This document shows, piece after piece, positions 57,040 through 64,000 of a stretch of 64,000 nucleotides of DNA. Position 1 is the stretch's first letter. Each line of letters starts with the position of its first letter. This stretch comes from the human T2T-CHM13v2.0 reference genome, Homo sapiens, in assembly GCF_009914755.1 (NCBI RefSeq), contig NC_060947.1; one strand, given 5' to 3'. The notes beneath the pieces were generated by a model. It was given only the letters and a program-made list of their open reading frames with translations, was not told the DNA's origin and made no database searches. The position numbers and the translations under genes are program-made.

Positions 57040-57846
57040 GGCGTGATGACTGAATAGGAACAGCTGCAGTCTGCAGCTCCCAGGAAGATCGACATAGAAG
57101 GCGGCAATTTCTGCATTTCCAACTGAGGTACCCTGTTCATATCATTGGGACTGGTTGGAAAGTGGGTGCAGCCCACAGAGGGCAAGCCGAAGCAGGGTGG
57201 GGCACCACCTCACCCGGGAAGTGCAAGGGGTTTGGGAATTTTCTCCCCTACCCAGGGGAAGCTGTGAGGGACTGAGCCTGAAGAACCATGGACTCTGGCC
57301 CAGATACCGTGCTTTTCCCACGGTTTTTGCAACCCACACACCAGGAGTTTCCCCCGGTGCCTACCCCACCAGGGCCCTGGGTTTCAAACACAAAACTGGG
57401 CGGTCATTTGGGCAGACACCGAACTAGCTGCAGGAGTTTTTTGTTTGTCTGTTTGTTTGTTGTTTGTTGGTTTGTTTGTTTGCCATACCCCAGTGGCGCC
57501 TGGAACGTCAATGAGACAGAACAATTCACTCCTCTGGAAAGGGGTGCTGAAGCCAGGGAGCCAAGTGGTGTGGCTAAGCAGGTTCTACCCCTACGAAGCC
57601 CAGCAAACTAAGATCCACTGGCTTGAAATTCTCACTGCCAGCACAGCCACACCCTGAGATCGACCTGGGATGCTCAAGCTTGGTGGGTGGAGGGGTGTCC
57701 ACTATTGCTGAGGCTTGAGTAGGCAGCTTCATCCTCACAGTGTAAACAAAGCCGCCAGGAAGTTTGAACTGGGCATAGCCCACTGCAGCTTAGCAAGCCA
57801 CTGTGGCCAGACTGTCAGATTTCTACTCTCTGGGCAGGGCATATCT
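57040..57846 (+). mobile_element. Older L1PA 5'UTR only (3' part lost)
   Basis: gatgactgaataggaacagctgcagtctgcagctccc...tttctgcatttccaactgaggtac; ends abruptly at gggcatatctg. Confidence 0.85.
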
Positions 57847-59900
57847 GCAAAAGTATTCCACAGACTGGCTGACTTCAACACTGCTTATTTTTTATCTCAT
57901 AGTTCTGGATGCTAATTGTCACCTTTTTATGAGGAGACCAATCCTATTGGGTAGGGTCAACCCTCATAACTTCACTTTAACCAGATGACCTGTGTAGAGA
58001 CTCTCTCCAAATAAGGTCACATTCTAAAACACTGGGGGCCAGGACTTCTACGTGTGCATTGTATGGAGACACAACTCCATTCATAATAGTATACCTTCGG
58101 CATCCACTCCCCTGCCCAAATTAATGTCCTCACATAAAAAATGCATTCATTTCATCACAACATTCCCAGAGTCTTAACCCACTCTGAAATCAACTCTCCA
58201 ACATCTCATCTGAAAGTCTTCTATATCTGGAATGGGTGAGTCTCCAGGTATGACTCATGCTGAGGCAGAAATTCTCTCCACCACTGCACCTGTGAAGCTA
58301 GACAAGTTATCTGCTTCCGAAAGACAGTTGTGGGTCTGGTATGGGATACGGTTTATCATACCAAAAGCAGGAAATCCGAAAAACTACTGGAGTTCGTGGG
58401 TCCTAAGCACCTTTGAAACCTAGTGGGGCAAATTCTGTTAAATTCTATGGGTGGAAAAGATTCTACTTGGGCTCAATGCTTTGTCTTTCAGGCCCAAGGC
58501 AGTAACAGCTTCATACCCTAAGCCCCGGGCAGAGGGATGGGGGCTCTCCCCCAAGCCTGGGCTGCTGCAGCCCATCCCTCTGAAACCGAGGAGGTGGGAC
58601 AAATGCCTGGAACTCAGAGATGACCTCCATTTCTGGGACCAAGAGAGAGATGGCCCAGTCCCCTAGTACCGTGCCCCCGGTTCTTGGGGGCAGTGACAGC
58701 CATGCCAACCTCAGAGCCAACTTTGGAGTCCTTCCCTTTCTTAAAAATGAAGAAATGGTCACAGCTGGGTACCTCAGTCAGTCCCACTCTTGTCTGTACA
58801 GTTCAGGAACTCTAACAAAAGCCTCCTTTCATTTCTTCCCATCTTTGCCCTGTTCAGTCCAGTCAGGCAACATTTTTTCTAGTATAAAATTCTCAAATAC
58901 TTCTTGGCTTGCCCTGGAATTCACATGGGTCCGAGCCGTCAGACAAGAAGTTGTTTACAGATTGTTCTTGAATACCCATATCTCCCATATGTCAATTCCT
59001 AACTTCTGCAGAGATGGTTGATTGGATCCATGAGCCCCATGCCTCACATCTTTAGCTAATGGTTTTCTAGGCACACCCTTGCACCTGTTCCCAGAGCAAG
59101 GTATCTGCATCCTTTGAGTACCTTCTGAATCATCCAATCCTGGCTTTCTTTTCCTCAGTGCTTCCTTGGCTAATTTGTCTCTTTTCTCTCCCCTTTACTA
59201 TAAGGATCTAGGAAAAACCAGATTAAATCCTAAGTACTTTTCTCAATTTGCCAGTGTAGCGGCCAAGGGTCACCCTGGCCTTCATAATTTCATTGAAAAC
59301 TGAGCTCGCAAAAGGCAGATGATTAGGACATAAGGCATACCTAATTATTTAACGTGTATCCCCAGGAGCCTTTAGTGTTAATAGCGGAAGACACATGGGA
59401 AATTATCTATTTTTATGCCTAGGCTCAAAAGAGCATGGACAGCTGTGTATAGACATGATAGGGGAAAAAGGCTATGATCAAATGCTAATAGACTGAGTGA
59501 GGGAAAACTGGCAAGGACTGTCTGTTTAGACTCGGCTTGGCCTCTCTGAGTACAGTCCTTCCTCCTGGGTATGGGGCAGGACCCTCTCTGGAATGGGGGT
59601 CTCATGACCAACAGTCAAATGAGCTAGGTCAGATAATTTCTTTACCACCAGGGTTTTACATAGAAAGACTTGGGAGGTGGAGAATCAGATTAATGTTTTC
59701 AGTTTTTATGAACTGGCTGTGTGGGAAAGGGGCTCTGGTTTTGAAGACTTTCCTTGGGGATGAGGGATTCTGCTTTCTATGGCCAGCCTCAGGGGAGAAT
59801 GGGAATGAGAGAAAGGAGGGCAGAAGAAGGTCAGAGAGAAACTTGTGCTTCTGAGGCTACTTCTGAGGCCTTCATTTTGGGCTACTGTTTTCTGAGCTGC
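57847..59900. repeat. Third copy of the MaLR/ERV1-LTR block (direct to 45703-47750, inverted to 10490-12545)
   Basis: Colinear, e.g. ORF 58232..58423 vs 46085..46276. Confidence 0.88.
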
Positions 59901-59904
59901 AACA

Positions 59905-63870
<3,966 letters not shown>

Positions 63871-63879
63871 GCTTTAAAA

Positions 63880-63892
63880 CTCTGTCTCTCTG

Positions 63893-63957
<65 letters not shown>

Positions 63958-63965
63958 TTGTGTGT
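63880..63965. repeat. Compound (TCTCTG)n(TC)n(TG)n microsatellite
   Basis: Read directly. Confidence 0.95.
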
Positions 63966-63967
63966 AT

Positions 63968-64000
63968 CTTTTTTTTTTTACACTTCAAGTTCTGGGGTAC
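63968..64000 (-). mobile_element. L1 3' end (poly(A) side), continuing beyond the window
   Basis: Poly(T) followed by acacttcaagttctggggtac, the reverse of an L1PA terminus. Confidence 0.7.

Overview
Primate (very likely human) X-chromosome DNA, recognisable as the Xq22.2 testis histone-variant locus. Two intact, divergently oriented three-exon H2B.W genes are present: H2BW2/H2BFM (- strand, ~13.5-15.9 kb) and H2BW1/H2BFWT (+ strand, ~42.3-44.8 kb). Each sits in one arm of a ~6.4-kb inverted repeat with a ~26-kb spacer. The rest is a mosaic of local duplications, H2B.W relics and transposons. The relics are two promoter+N-tail fragments, one headless copy and two 3'-only copies. The transposons include a full-length L1PA2-like element (intact ORF1/ORF0, two ORF2 stops), older L1s, Alus, MaLR/ERVL/ERV1 LTRs and MER1A. 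The most interesting signals are: (1) intron 1 of both genes contains the fossil end of a replication-dependent histone gene (YT.SK C-terminus, stem-loop, HDE), and the K120R change both removes the ubiquitination lysine and builds the splice donor; (2) a possible H2A relic lies head-to-head with the H2B.W pseudogene promoters; (3) an old ~2-kb-period unit recurs about ten times. All alignments were done by eye; repeat subfamily names and repeat boundaries are approximate.
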